Source of the DNA: Candidatus Eiseniibacteriota bacterium
GTDB lineage: Bacteria > Eisenbacteria > RBG-16-71-46
Assembly (NCBI GenBank): GCA_016710095.1
Contig: JADJLL010000007.1
Coordinates: 41,122-105,121, forward strand
Length of the DNA: 64,000 nucleotides
Direction of reading: 5' to 3'
The notes under the pieces were generated by a model. It ran no database searches, was not told where the DNA came from, and saw only the letters and a list, made by a program, of their open reading frames with translations. Shown piece after piece: positions 29,656 to 38,139 of the stretch. Position 1 is the stretch's first letter. Each line of letters opens with the position of its first letter. The translations under genes were made by a program, and so were the position numbers.

Positions 29656-30050
29656 GCCGAGCCTGGGACGTGCTGGTGGTGGACGACGAAGCCGTCGTGC
29701 GCGGCGGCGTGAAGCTCGTGCTCGAGCCCGAAGGACTGGCCGTCGCGCAGGCCGCGACCGTCGCCGAGGCGCTCGCGAGCGACGCCCTGAACGAATGCCG
29801 CTTGCTGCTCTGCGACCTGATGCTGCAGGGCGAGAGCGGACTCGAGGTCGTGAGCGAGGCGCGCCGCCGCCGGCCCGCGCTGCCCATCGTGCTCATGACC
29901 GGCTATGCCACCGACGACAACGCCGCCCTCGGCGCGCAGTCCGGTGCGACCGATTTCCTCGCGAAGCCTTTCGATGATGTCGAGCTGTTGGACCAGGTAC
30001 GGCGTGTCCTCGGGGATGCCCATGCCGACGAGAAGGAGGGATCGTCATGA
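29652..30050 (+). CDS. single-domain CheY-like response regulator
   Basis: GTGA overlap with the kinase stop. VLVVDDE…D-L-M-L receiver with conserved Asp (LLLCDLMLQG) and Lys (FLAKPF). Confidence 0.75.
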   Translation: MSRAWDVLVVDDEAVVRGGVKLVLEPEGLAVAQAATVAEALASDALNECRLLLCDLMLQGESGLEVVSEARRRRPALPIVLMTGYATDDNAALGAQSGATDFLAKPFDDVELLDQVRRVLGDAHADEKEGSS

Positions 30051-30102
30051 CCGCGCTTCTGGTGGTCGTGCTGTGTGTGTTGTTCCTGGGATCGAACTCG
30101 GC

Positions 30103-31194
30103 GTGCGCGCCGTGAACAAGAACCTCGAAGCCGCCCGCGTGCGGCGCGAGCGTGAAGCCGTGCTCAAGGCGCCCGTGAAGCTGGACATCGCGACCGAGAC
30201 GCCCAGCCTGCAGCGCGCCGAAGTGCCGAACGCGAAGGCCCGCATCCTCGCCGTGGACGACGAGGCGATCGTGCTCGACTCGTTCCGCAAGATCCTCGTG
30301 CTCGCCGGCTTCAGCGTGGACACCGTGAACACCGGTCCCGAGGCGCTCGCGCTCGTGCGCCAGCGCGACTACGACTTCCTGTTCACCGATCTCAAGATGC
30401 CGGTCATGGAAGGCACCGAGGTCGTGAAGGCCGTGAAGCACCTGCGTCCGGACGTGGACGTCGCCGTGATCACCGGCTTCGCCACGATCGAGACCGCCGT
30501 CGAAACGATGATGCACGGCGCGGTGGACTACGTGCAGAAGCCGTTCACGGAAGAAGAGCTCGTCGCGTTCGCGAACCGCATGTACGTGCGCCGTCAGGCG
30601 CGCATCGAGTCGCAGTCGAAGCCGGCCGTGCGCGTGGTCGCGCCCGAGCTGGTGGACATCATGGCGTCGCGTGAGTACGTCGTGCCCGGCGGCATGTTCG
30701 TGGCGACCGGCCACACGTGGGCGCGCATCGAGGACACCGGCGAAGTGTGCGTCGGCATCGACGACTTCGCGCGCAAGGCGATCGGCAAGGTCGAGCGCGT
30801 CGAGCTGCCCGCGCCCGGCACGAGCGTGAAGCGCGGCGAGGTGCTGTTCGTGGTGCGCCGCAAGGATGAGCACGTGCGCTTCCGTTCGCCCGTGAGCGGC
30901 ACGGTGACGGCGGTGAACGGCGACGTGAAGAAGGACGCCCGCGCGATGCTGGAGAGCCCGTACGAGCACGGTTGGACGTGCATGCTGCACCCGACCGACC
31001 TGACGCTCGACCTGGCAAACCTGCGCATCGGCAAGACCGTCGTGAGCTGGTACCAGGACGAGGTGACCGCGCTGCGCAAGGCGAACTCGGAAGCGACCGA
31101 CGGCGTGGTCCGCTGGTCGGCGCTCGAGGAGCGCTTCATGGGCGCCGGCGACGCCCCGCGCGAAACCACGACGGAGATCGTCGAAGTCGGGTAG
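30103..31194 (+). CDS. response regulator: receiver domain fused to a glycine-cleavage-system H-protein-like (lipoyl-carrier-fold) domain
   Basis: REC (ARILAVDDE…FLFTDLKMP…VQKPF) followed by a clear GcvH-like region (HTWARIEDTGEVCVGIDDFARKAIGKVERVELPAPGTSVKRGEVLFVV…SPVSGTVTAVNGDV). The lipoyl-Lys of the ESVKA motif is not conserved in register (VVRRKDEH). Start chosen at in-frame GTG 30103; 30112 is also possible. Confidence 0.75.
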   Translation: MRAVNKNLEAARVRREREAVLKAPVKLDIATETPSLQRAEVPNAKARILAVDDEAIVLDSFRKILVLAGFSVDTVNTGPEALALVRQRDYDFLFTDLKMPVMEGTEVVKAVKHLRPDVDVAVITGFATIETAVETMMHGAVDYVQKPFTEEELVAFANRMYVRRQARIESQSKPAVRVVAPELVDIMASREYVVPGGMFVATGHTWARIEDTGEVCVGIDDFARKAIGKVERVELPAPGTSVKRGEVLFVVRRKDEHVRFRSPVSGTVTAVNGDVKKDARAMLESPYEHGWTCMLHPTDLTLDLANLRIGKTVVSWYQDEVTALRKANSEATDGVVRWSALEERFMGAGDAPRETTTEIVEVG

Positions 31195-31228
31195 AGGACG
31201 GGTGGTGGGGAGCTGCACGCAACAAGAC

Positions 31229-31258
31229 GGGCGGCGCGTTCGAAAGAGCGCGCCGCCC
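31229..31258. terminator. bidirectional rho-independent terminator between convergent genes
   Basis: Perfect 10-bp stem GGGCGGCGCG-TTCGAAAGAG-CGCGCCGCCC. Confidence 0.55.
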
Positions 31259-31282
31259 GATGCGTTGTCGTCGAAGTGAGGT

Positions 31283-32229
31283 CTAGCGGTAGCCGGTCTT
31301 CAGTCGTCCCCACGTCGTGGTGCGCGCGGGAACGGGCCGGCCGGGGCCGGGGCCGTAGGCGCCGATCTGTCCGCCGGAGTTGCTGTACTCGTAGAAGATC
31401 GAGGCGGGGGAAAGACGGAAGTCGTTGCCGAAGGCGTCCTGGAAGAACGGGTCGAAGCCGGCGATGTGCGCTCCCATGGTCGAGCAGGTCAGTCCATTCC
31501 CTCCGCTCGACCAGATATCGCAGTAGTCCCAACTCGGGTAGCTCAGGCATCCATACCAGACCCCCACGCTTGCGATGGCGCCGTTTTGCGCAAGTCCCCG
31601 CTGCCGAAACACTCATCGCATTCGTGGCATTCCGAACCATCAGGCGCGCGATCGCATGCGGTCCGCCGCTTGCGGAGAGTCCTTGGTCCGCGTCCGCGAG
31701 TTCGCAGTCCAGAATATTGCCGCCGTGTTGCGAGTCGATACAGATCTGCGACGCGGAGATGCTGGACTCGAGGACGCTGCCGCTTCCCACCAGAACGAGC
31801 CCCTTGCGCGGTCCATGAACTGAGAGCTTCCGCAGGGAGGCGGCCCCGCTGCCTTCCATTCGAATTTGTCCCCATTCGCCGAAGCCAGAAGTCCAGAACC
31901 GAATGCTGTCGGCGACCGATCCGTCGGCGACGAGCGAGCCGAACACACTGAGCTCGGAGAGGTTCGGGAACTCCCCACCATGCAGCGTGTCGTGATCGGC
32001 TTGAAGTAGACCAGCACGCCCGGCTCGATCGTGAGCGTGGCGCCGGGGTTGACCACCACGTCGCCTTGCACGAAGTACATGGGACCGGGGTAGGCGTAGG
32101 TCAGCGTGCGATTGCCGTTGATGAAGCCGTAGAGCTTGTTGCTGTTCGGGTCGACGGCGGCGTTCGCCACGCTCGAACAGAGCACGAACAGGAGCAGTGC
32201 AGCACCGAGTCGGGGTAGCCAGTTCCGCA
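31283..32229 (-). CDS. secreted right-handed beta-helix (pectate-lyase-fold-like) protein ending in TTTWGRLKTGYR, disrupted by at least two frameshifts (~32000 and ~31615)
   Basis: N-terminal signal peptide (MRNWLPRLGAALLLFVLCSSVANA) in one frame. Beta-helix repeats (…GSVLESSISASQICIDSQHGGNILDC…) in a second frame. C-terminal ~110 aa in a third frame ending …ARTTTWGRLKTGYR. Confidence 0.45.
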
Positions 32230-32336
32230 TGGGAATACTCCAAAGGCGAGAGGTGGCGGGGGAAATCACGCGCAGACTATCGATCGCCGTGGCCGTCCGC
32301 ACCGGGCCAGAAGTAGGCCGCGCAGCGCTGAGAAGT

Positions 32337-32425
32337 TGGTGCCGGAGGCGGGGGTCGAACCCGCACACGATTTTGGTCGTACCGGATTTTGAGTCCGGCG
32401 CGTCTGCCAGTTCCGCCACTCCGGC
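32337..32425 (-). tRNA. tRNA-Leu (anticodon CAA)
   Basis: 89-nt cloverleaf GCCGGAGTGGCGGAACTGGCAGACGCGCCGGACTCAAAATCCGG…long variable arm…GGGTTCGACCCCCGCCTCCGGCACCA. Anticodon loop CT-CAA-AA. CCA encoded. Confidence 0.9.
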
Positions 32426-32683
32426 ACAAAGGAGGGGCGACAAGCTATCGCGGCGCGGGAGCGGGCGTCAAAATCCGGGATCTCGCCGAAACCGCACCGC
32501 GATGAGCTCGCACCCAAACTCCGATTGCCACCACCAAACACGCGCGAGCCCGGCCCCCGAACTTCCCGTGTGTGTCCGAACACTTTCCCTTTCGCGGAGT
32601 GACCCGACGGTGCTAGGTTCCCGCCGAGCGAATCCGTCTCAACGTTTTTCAGAGGCACCGCACACCGCCGGAGGAGACCCATC

Positions 32684-33388
32684 ATGAAGCGTTCGGCTAC
32701 CCGTCTTCACGCGCTGCTCGCCACGTTCGTGGTGACCATCGCGATCGCGAGCTCCGCCCACGCGGCGCTTCGCGCGCCTCAGGTGTCCATTCTCGGCGGT
32801 GGCCTTCAGGGCTACCTCAACTCCGCCGACGGCGGCATCAACGTCGGCACCGATCAGGATGCCACGACTTCCTGGACGCACACGTCGTCCAACACCACCG
32901 GCTACACGATCCTGCTCGAGTCCTCTGGCGGCGCGAACAACAACGCGCTGGCGATCTACAACAGCACGGCTGGCGTGCCGACGATGAACATTCTCATCTC
33001 GGGCCCGATCGGCGAGTACGGCTTCTCGACCGCGACGTTCAAGCCGGGGAACCAGCTCACGGTGAACCGCTACGACGAGAACGGCGCCTTCCTGAGCACG
33101 TCGACGTTCAACGGCGTCGACCCGAATGGCTTCAGCTTCGCGCTCCTCACCGCGAGCGGTAACTTCTACACGCAGGACGCGCGCAATCCGGGCGGCAAGG
33201 CCCAGGCGGTCTCGTTCAAGGGCACTGGCGGCAACACGGGCGTCTGGTTCCTCTGCTTCGAGGACTCGCAGGTTCAGGGCGGTGGCTCGGACGAGGACTT
33301 CGACGACGCCGTCATTGCGATGGAGTCGGTCAACACGACGCCCGTCAGCACGACGACGTGGGGCCAGCTCAAGACCCGCATGCGGTAA
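32684..33388 (+). CDS. secreted protein with DUF4114-like C-terminal region, ending in TTTWGQLKTRMR
   Basis: Signal peptide. C-terminal WFLCFEDSQVQGGGSDEDFDDAVI resembles the conserved DUF4114 core. Terminal …STTTWGQLKTRMR matches the C-terminus of the divergent beta-helix gene. Confidence 0.65.
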   Translation: MKRSATRLHALLATFVVTIAIASSAHAALRAPQVSILGGGLQGYLNSADGGINVGTDQDATTSWTHTSSNTTGYTILLESSGGANNNALAIYNSTAGVPTMNILISGPIGEYGFSTATFKPGNQLTVNRYDENGAFLSTSTFNGVDPNGFSFALLTASGNFYTQDARNPGGKAQAVSFKGTGGNTGVWFLCFEDSQVQGGGSDEDFDDAVIAMESVNTTPVSTTTWGQLKTRMR

Positions 33389-33693
33389 CTGCGCAGATCA
33401 GCAGAACGCAGTTTCGAGGGGCGGCGCTCACGCGAGTGTCGCCCCTCTTCTTTGTTGCCGCGGTTCATGGCGTCCAGCCGGCGTCGACGCTTGCGGGCAC
33501 CGGCGCCCGGTGTGTCGTGCGGGCGGAGCATGCCCGGTCCCGTACACGCCATCCGGGCGCTCCTGTCCCGGGCCGTACATTCCGCTGGCGCTCGAGTGTG
33601 GTTTTCCACCATCTTGCGCGCGGCACAGGGAGTGCACGGGGAAGCTCTCGAGTTCCCCCGTTCCGACAAGTCCCCACCCTGGAGGTCGCACCG

Positions 33694-34269
33694 ATGAAGA
33701 AGTTCCTCTCGGTTCTCTTGCTGATGCTCGTCTCGTTCGGAATCCTCGCGCCGTCGCTCGCCGACGCCGCCCGCGTGAAGGTCGTGCGCAAGGGCCGCCA
33801 CCACCGCACGGTCGTGGTCGTGCACCGCGGGCACCCGATCCGCCGCGCGATGCACCCGGTTGTCTTCCGCCGCCCCAGCGTCGTCGTCCGCGTCGCGCCT
33901 GTGCGCTTCCTGCCGCTCGTCGTGTGGGCGCCCGTCGTGATCGCCACGCGTCCCGCGGGCGACGCCATGGTCTGGCAGGACGCCGAGACGCTCTTCGAGG
34001 AAGAAGAGTGGGCCGAGACCGTCTTCAACTCCGACCAGCGCGGCACGAAGCTCTACCTCGAAGTCGTGAAGGGGAAGGTCCAGTTCGACTTCGCCGAGGT
34101 CGTCTTCGAGAACGGTGACTGCCAGGTCGTGGACTTCGCCGAGAAGCCGCACGGCGAGGGTTTCTACTCGCTGCTCGACTTCGCCGACGGCCGCAAGGTG
34201 GACCACGTGCGCCTCATCGCTCGCTCGAAGGCCGAGGAGTCGCGCGTCGCGCTGATCCTGCAGAAGTAG
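33694..34269 (+). CDS. secreted hypothetical protein (DUF2541-like architecture, low confidence)
   Basis: GGAGG RBS at -8. Signal peptide MKKFLSVLLLMLVSFGILAPSLADA. No recognisable motif. Confidence 0.55.
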   Translation: MKKFLSVLLLMLVSFGILAPSLADAARVKVVRKGRHHRTVVVVHRGHPIRRAMHPVVFRRPSVVVRVAPVRFLPLVVWAPVVIATRPAGDAMVWQDAETLFEEEEWAETVFNSDQRGTKLYLEVVKGKVQFDFAEVVFENGDCQVVDFAEKPHGEGFYSLLDFADGRKVDHVRLIARSKAEESRVALILQK

Positions 34270-34344
34270 CCCGGACGAAACGCGAATCGGCGGCGCCGCG
34301 CACGAAGCGCGACGCCGCCGTTCGACTTCCGGGCGGACGCCCGG

Positions 34345-34905
34345 TCACTTGCGCGCGGCGATCACCACGGCGTCGAGTTCGGTGATGCGAAGCCGGCCGC
34401 TGAGCGAATCCCCGCTCGCGGGACCGTGCAGCGACGTCGTCACGCACATGCGCATGGCCTTGTCCGTGAAGAGCGCGGCGACGCGCGGATCGCTGCCGAG
34501 CGTCGACTGCACGGTGTCCGACTGCCCGGCGGTGAACTGCAGCACCTGCACGAGCACCGGCGTGGTCGTGCGCGGATCGGTCGCCGAATCGCTGAGGTAG
34601 ACGCGCAGCGTGTCCACTCCGCTGCCGCGCGACGCGTCGGCGATCGTCGTGAGCGTCAGCTCGACGTTCTCGACCTCGACGACGTCGTTCATGCTCGAGA
34701 GCATGTTGACGGTCTTGTCCGCGACGAGCGGCTGCTCGCCGGTCTGGATGCCGCCAGGAATCACCGGCACCGGGCCGAACGAGATGTCCGTCGTCGCCGG
34801 ATCGAGATAGCTGGCGATATCCACGCTCAGCATGAGCGAGCGGTCGCCGCAGCCGGCGAGTGCGATCGCGAGGAGCGCCAGGAAGAAGAGTCTGCGGGAC
34901 GTCAT
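34345..34905 (-). CDS. hypothetical lipoprotein
   Basis: AGGAG RBS. Lipobox LAGC (MTSRRLFFLALLAIALAGC). Start lies 11 nt downstream of the OMP stop (same strand). Confidence 0.65.
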   Translation of the reverse strand: MTSRRLFFLALLAIALAGCGDRSLMLSVDIASYLDPATTDISFGPVPVIPGGIQTGEQPLVADKTVNMLSSMNDVVEVENVELTLTTIADASRGSGVDTLRVYLSDSATDPRTTTPVLVQVLQFTAGQSDTVQSTLGSDPRVAALFTDKAMRMCVTTSLHGPASGDSLSGRLRITELDAVVIAARK

Positions 34906-34915
34906 CGGACGGCTC

Positions 34916-36256
34916 CTAGTGGTAGAGCGCGAACCCGGCGCCGAGTTCGGTGGCGCGTTCGTGCGTGAGGTTGCGGGAGTGGGTGGCGACCGCGGCGTCG
35001 AGGCCGAAGCGGCCGAGGCGCAGGCCGATGCCACCGGAAGTCTGGGTCTGGTTCTGCAGGTCGCGCGCGACGCCCGCCCGCAGCGCGAGGTGGCCCAGCC
35101 AGCGCTCGACACCCGCGCAGCTCGTCGTGCGTCCGAGCGCATCGCGCGTGGCGGCCCCGGCGAAGAGGAAGCCGGCGAGGCGCGTCGTCACGGTGATCTG
35201 TCCGGTCGCGGGGATCGTGCTCGTGAAGGGCACACCGTCGGCGACCGTGGTCTCGACGAGATCGCCCGTGAGCGTGTCCCGCGCGACGATCCGCTCGCGC
35301 ACCTTCCACCGCAGTTGCGTCGCGAGGTCGTTGGCGGCGAGACCGATCTCGGTGCGGCCGGCGACGATCACGAGTCCGGCGTCCAGTCCGTGCCCGAAGC
35401 CGCCCTGCTGCGGCGTGGCCGTGCGCAGGCGCGCGCGGTAGTCCACGTCCACGGCGTCGTCGCCGAACAGCGTGTCGGCGGTCGTGAAGCCGGCGGCGCT
35501 CTGCGCGTCGGCGTAGGCCAGGCCACGAATGAGCCGCGCGCGCACGCCGGCGTAGAGACCGGTGCGCGACTGGCGCGGATCGGGAGAGGAGCGCCACAGC
35601 GGCTGCGACCAACCGAGCAGGCCCTGCGCGGCGACCTGGCCGATCGCGTCGTCCGTCACTTCGTAGCGCGTCGTCGGCTGGAACGGCTCGGCGTCGATGA
35701 GCGCGCTCTGCAGCGGCGAGTTGAGCGCGAGCGAGTTCTCCGCGTGCACGAGCGGGCTCACGCCGACGAACATCCGGCGGTAGCCGATCGCGAGCACGGG
35801 CAGGCGGGCGACGACGGCGTACTCGTCCGCGTCGCGCGGCAGGACCTTGCCGACGTCGCCGAGATTGACGGCGAGCGAGTTGCGGCCGATCGAAACGCCG
35901 ATGTCGCCGGACGGCGCGGTCGGCGCGTCGAGCGACCAGTTCCACGGCACGTTCATGAGCAGGTTCGCCAGCTCGAACGCGTTGAAGTCGGGATCCTCGG
36001 GATCGAGCACCGGCGGATCCTGGAGCACGGGAATGACGCCGATCGGCAGCGAGATCGCGCGGCAGCCGTGCGCGGGGCGGGGCACGGAGTGGTACGCGAC
36101 GTTGACGCCGTCGGCGCCGGGGCCGCAGCCGGGAACGGGCGCGCCGCCCATGCCCAGCCGGCGTGCGCTCATGACCTGGGCGTGCGCGGGCGCGAACGAG
36201 GCCGCACACGTCGAGAGCAGTGCTGCGAGGAAGATCGCCTTCGGAAGCCGCTTCAT
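34916..36256 (-). CDS. putative outer-membrane beta-barrel protein (hypothetical)
   Basis: Signal peptide MKRLPKAIFLAALLSTCAASFAPAHA. Alternating amphipathic beta-strand composition. Terminal …GAGFALYH. Confidence 0.55.
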   Translation of the reverse strand: MKRLPKAIFLAALLSTCAASFAPAHAQVMSARRLGMGGAPVPGCGPGADGVNVAYHSVPRPAHGCRAISLPIGVIPVLQDPPVLDPEDPDFNAFELANLLMNVPWNWSLDAPTAPSGDIGVSIGRNSLAVNLGDVGKVLPRDADEYAVVARLPVLAIGYRRMFVGVSPLVHAENSLALNSPLQSALIDAEPFQPTTRYEVTDDAIGQVAAQGLLGWSQPLWRSSPDPRQSRTGLYAGVRARLIRGLAYADAQSAAGFTTADTLFGDDAVDVDYRARLRTATPQQGGFGHGLDAGLVIVAGRTEIGLAANDLATQLRWKVRERIVARDTLTGDLVETTVADGVPFTSTIPATGQITVTTRLAGFLFAGAATRDALGRTTSCAGVERWLGHLALRAGVARDLQNQTQTSGGIGLRLGRFGLDAAVATHSRNLTHERATELGAGFALYH

Positions 36257-36539
36257 GTGCCACCCCTCGGTGAGCGGAGTGCGCCGCGGCGATGATCCCG
36301 TGGCGATCCGCTCCGCCCGTGACGGGGGAGCGCCTCCGCGCGCCGTTCGTCTCGCAAGGTCGGAGCCAGCGGGGCGCGTTTCGGCCGTTCGTCCGCGCTT
36401 CGCGGGCGCCGTACCCCGCGTGCGGCGCGAAGGCGGGCGCGGGCATGCCAACCGGGGGCGCAGGGCGCTTTCGCAACCCTCGAACTCGCTCGCATTTCGT
36501 GTAGCATGCCCGCGGTTCGAACCGACCCTTGGAGGCGTC

Positions 36540-38129
36540 ATGGATTCGCGAATCATCGAGGCGGCGCGCACCGCCTTCCGCTCGAATGGCTCCACGCTCA
36601 CCCTCGGCGCGCTCGTGCATGCCGGAGAATGCAATGCCGAGCCGCTCGCCGCATTGCCGCTCGCCATGGCGAACCGCCACGGGCTGATCGCCGGCGCGAC
36701 CGGAACGGGCAAGACCAAGACGCTCCAGCTGCTCGCCGAGCAGTTCTCCGCGGCGGGCGTCCCGGTCTTCCTCGCCGACCTGAAGGGCGACCTCTCGGGG
36801 CTCTCCATGCCCGGCGAGGCGAGCGAGCGCGTGAACCAGCGCGCGAAGGACACGGGCTACTCGTGGAAGGCGGGCGGCTGCCCGGTCGAGTACCTGAGCC
36901 TCACCGGCAAAGGCGGCGCCCAGCTGCGCGCGACGGTGTCGTCGTTCGGTCCGCTGCTGCTCTCGCGCGTGCTCGGGCTCAACGACACGCAGACGAGCGT
37001 GCTCTCGATGGTGTTCAAGTACGCCGACGACCAGAAGCTCGCGCTGCTCGACCTGGCGGACCTGCGCGCGGTGCTTCAGTACCTGAGCGGTGACGGCGCC
37101 GAGGAACTCGCGAACTACGGCGGCATGAGCAAGGCGAGCGTCGGCGTGCTGCTGCGCGAGATGGTCGAGCTGGAACAGCAGGGCGCGGGCGCGTTCTTCG
37201 GCAATCCCGAGTTCGACCTCGACGACCTGCTCGCGGTGAAGGACGGCAAGGGGCTCGTGAGCGTGCTCCAGCTGCGCGACGTGCAGGACAAGCCCGGGCT
37301 CTTCTCGACGTTCATGATGTGGATGCTCGCGCGGCTCTACCACGAACTGCCCGAAGTCGGCGATGTGGACAAGCCCAAGCTCGTCTTCTTCTTCGACGAA
37401 GCGCACCTGCTGTTCGACGACGCGAGCAAGGAGTTCCTCGACCAGGTCGAGCAGGTCGTGCGGCTCATTCGCTCGAAGGGCGTCGGCGTGTGGTTCGTCA
37501 CGCAGAGCCCGAAGGACGTGCCGGCCGACATCCTCGGCCAGCTCGGCAACCGCGTGCAGCACGCGCTGCGCGCGTTCACGCCGGACGACGAGAAGGCGCT
37601 GCGCGCCGCCGCGCGTACGTTCCCGAAGACCGACTTCTACGACGTCGAGGAGATCCTCACCACGCTCGGCATCGGCGAGGCGTTCGTCACGGTGCTCGCG
37701 CCCAACGGCGCGCCGACCCCGCCGTTCGCCGTGCGCATGATTCCGCCGGCGTCTCGCATGGGTCCGCTCAGCGAAGGTGAGCTGGTGAGCGCGCTCGCTG
37801 CATCCGAGCAGGTGCGCGAGTACGCGGTGGCCGAGGATCGCGACAGCGCTCGCGAAGCGCTCGCGCGGCGCATGGCCGGTGACTCGGCGGCCGCGGCCCC
37901 GGTGGCACCTGCCGCTCCCGTGCAGCCGTCCGGAGTGCCGCCCGTGGCCGAACAGCAGCCCGATCCGGGCGCGCGCGCGGCCGAAACGGTGGCGGGCGCG
38001 GCAGCCATGGTCGGCGCGGCGCTCAACTCGCCCGTCGGCCGTCAGGTGGCGCGCACACTCGTAAGCACAGTGACGCGCGGTCTGCTCGGAGCGCTTCTGG
38101 GTTCACCGCCACGGCGCCGACGCCGATAG
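36540..38129 (+). CDS. DUF853-family P-loop NTPase (YjgR/HerA-FtsK-clade helicase-like ATPase) with Pro/Ala-rich C-terminal tail
   Basis: Walker A GATGTGKT, Walker B VFFFDEAH, overall YjgR-like organisation. GGAGG RBS. ~110-aa low-complexity tail (…AAAPVAPAAPVQPSGVPPVAEQQPDP…) ending just before the poly-G block. Confidence 0.8.
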   Translation: MDSRIIEAARTAFRSNGSTLTLGALVHAGECNAEPLAALPLAMANRHGLIAGATGTGKTKTLQLLAEQFSAAGVPVFLADLKGDLSGLSMPGEASERVNQRAKDTGYSWKAGGCPVEYLSLTGKGGAQLRATVSSFGPLLLSRVLGLNDTQTSVLSMVFKYADDQKLALLDLADLRAVLQYLSGDGAEELANYGGMSKASVGVLLREMVELEQQGAGAFFGNPEFDLDDLLAVKDGKGLVSVLQLRDVQDKPGLFSTFMMWMLARLYHELPEVGDVDKPKLVFFFDEAHLLFDDASKEFLDQVEQVVRLIRSKGVGVWFVTQSPKDVPADILGQLGNRVQHALRAFTPDDEKALRAAARTFPKTDFYDVEEILTTLGIGEAFVTVLAPNGAPTPPFAVRMIPPASRMGPLSEGELVSALAASEQVREYAVAEDRDSAREALARRMAGDSAAAAPVAPAAPVQPSGVPPVAEQQPDPGARAAETVAGAAAMVGAALNSPVGRQVARTLVSTVTRGLLGALLGSPPRRRRR

Positions 38130-38139
38130 AAGAGAGCAC

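Noticed and set aside
31640-32443. ORF translating …LADAPDSKSG… across 32337-32425
   Set aside because: It is the classic pseudo-translation of a tRNA-Leu gene. The region folds as a canonical long-arm tRNA with anticodon CAA and encoded CCA.
33126-34118. 330-aa + ORF overlapping the 32684..33388 and 33694..34269 genes
   Set aside because: Arg/Ala/Pro-rich, out of frame relative to two well-supported signal-peptide proteins with RBSs. High-GC artefact.
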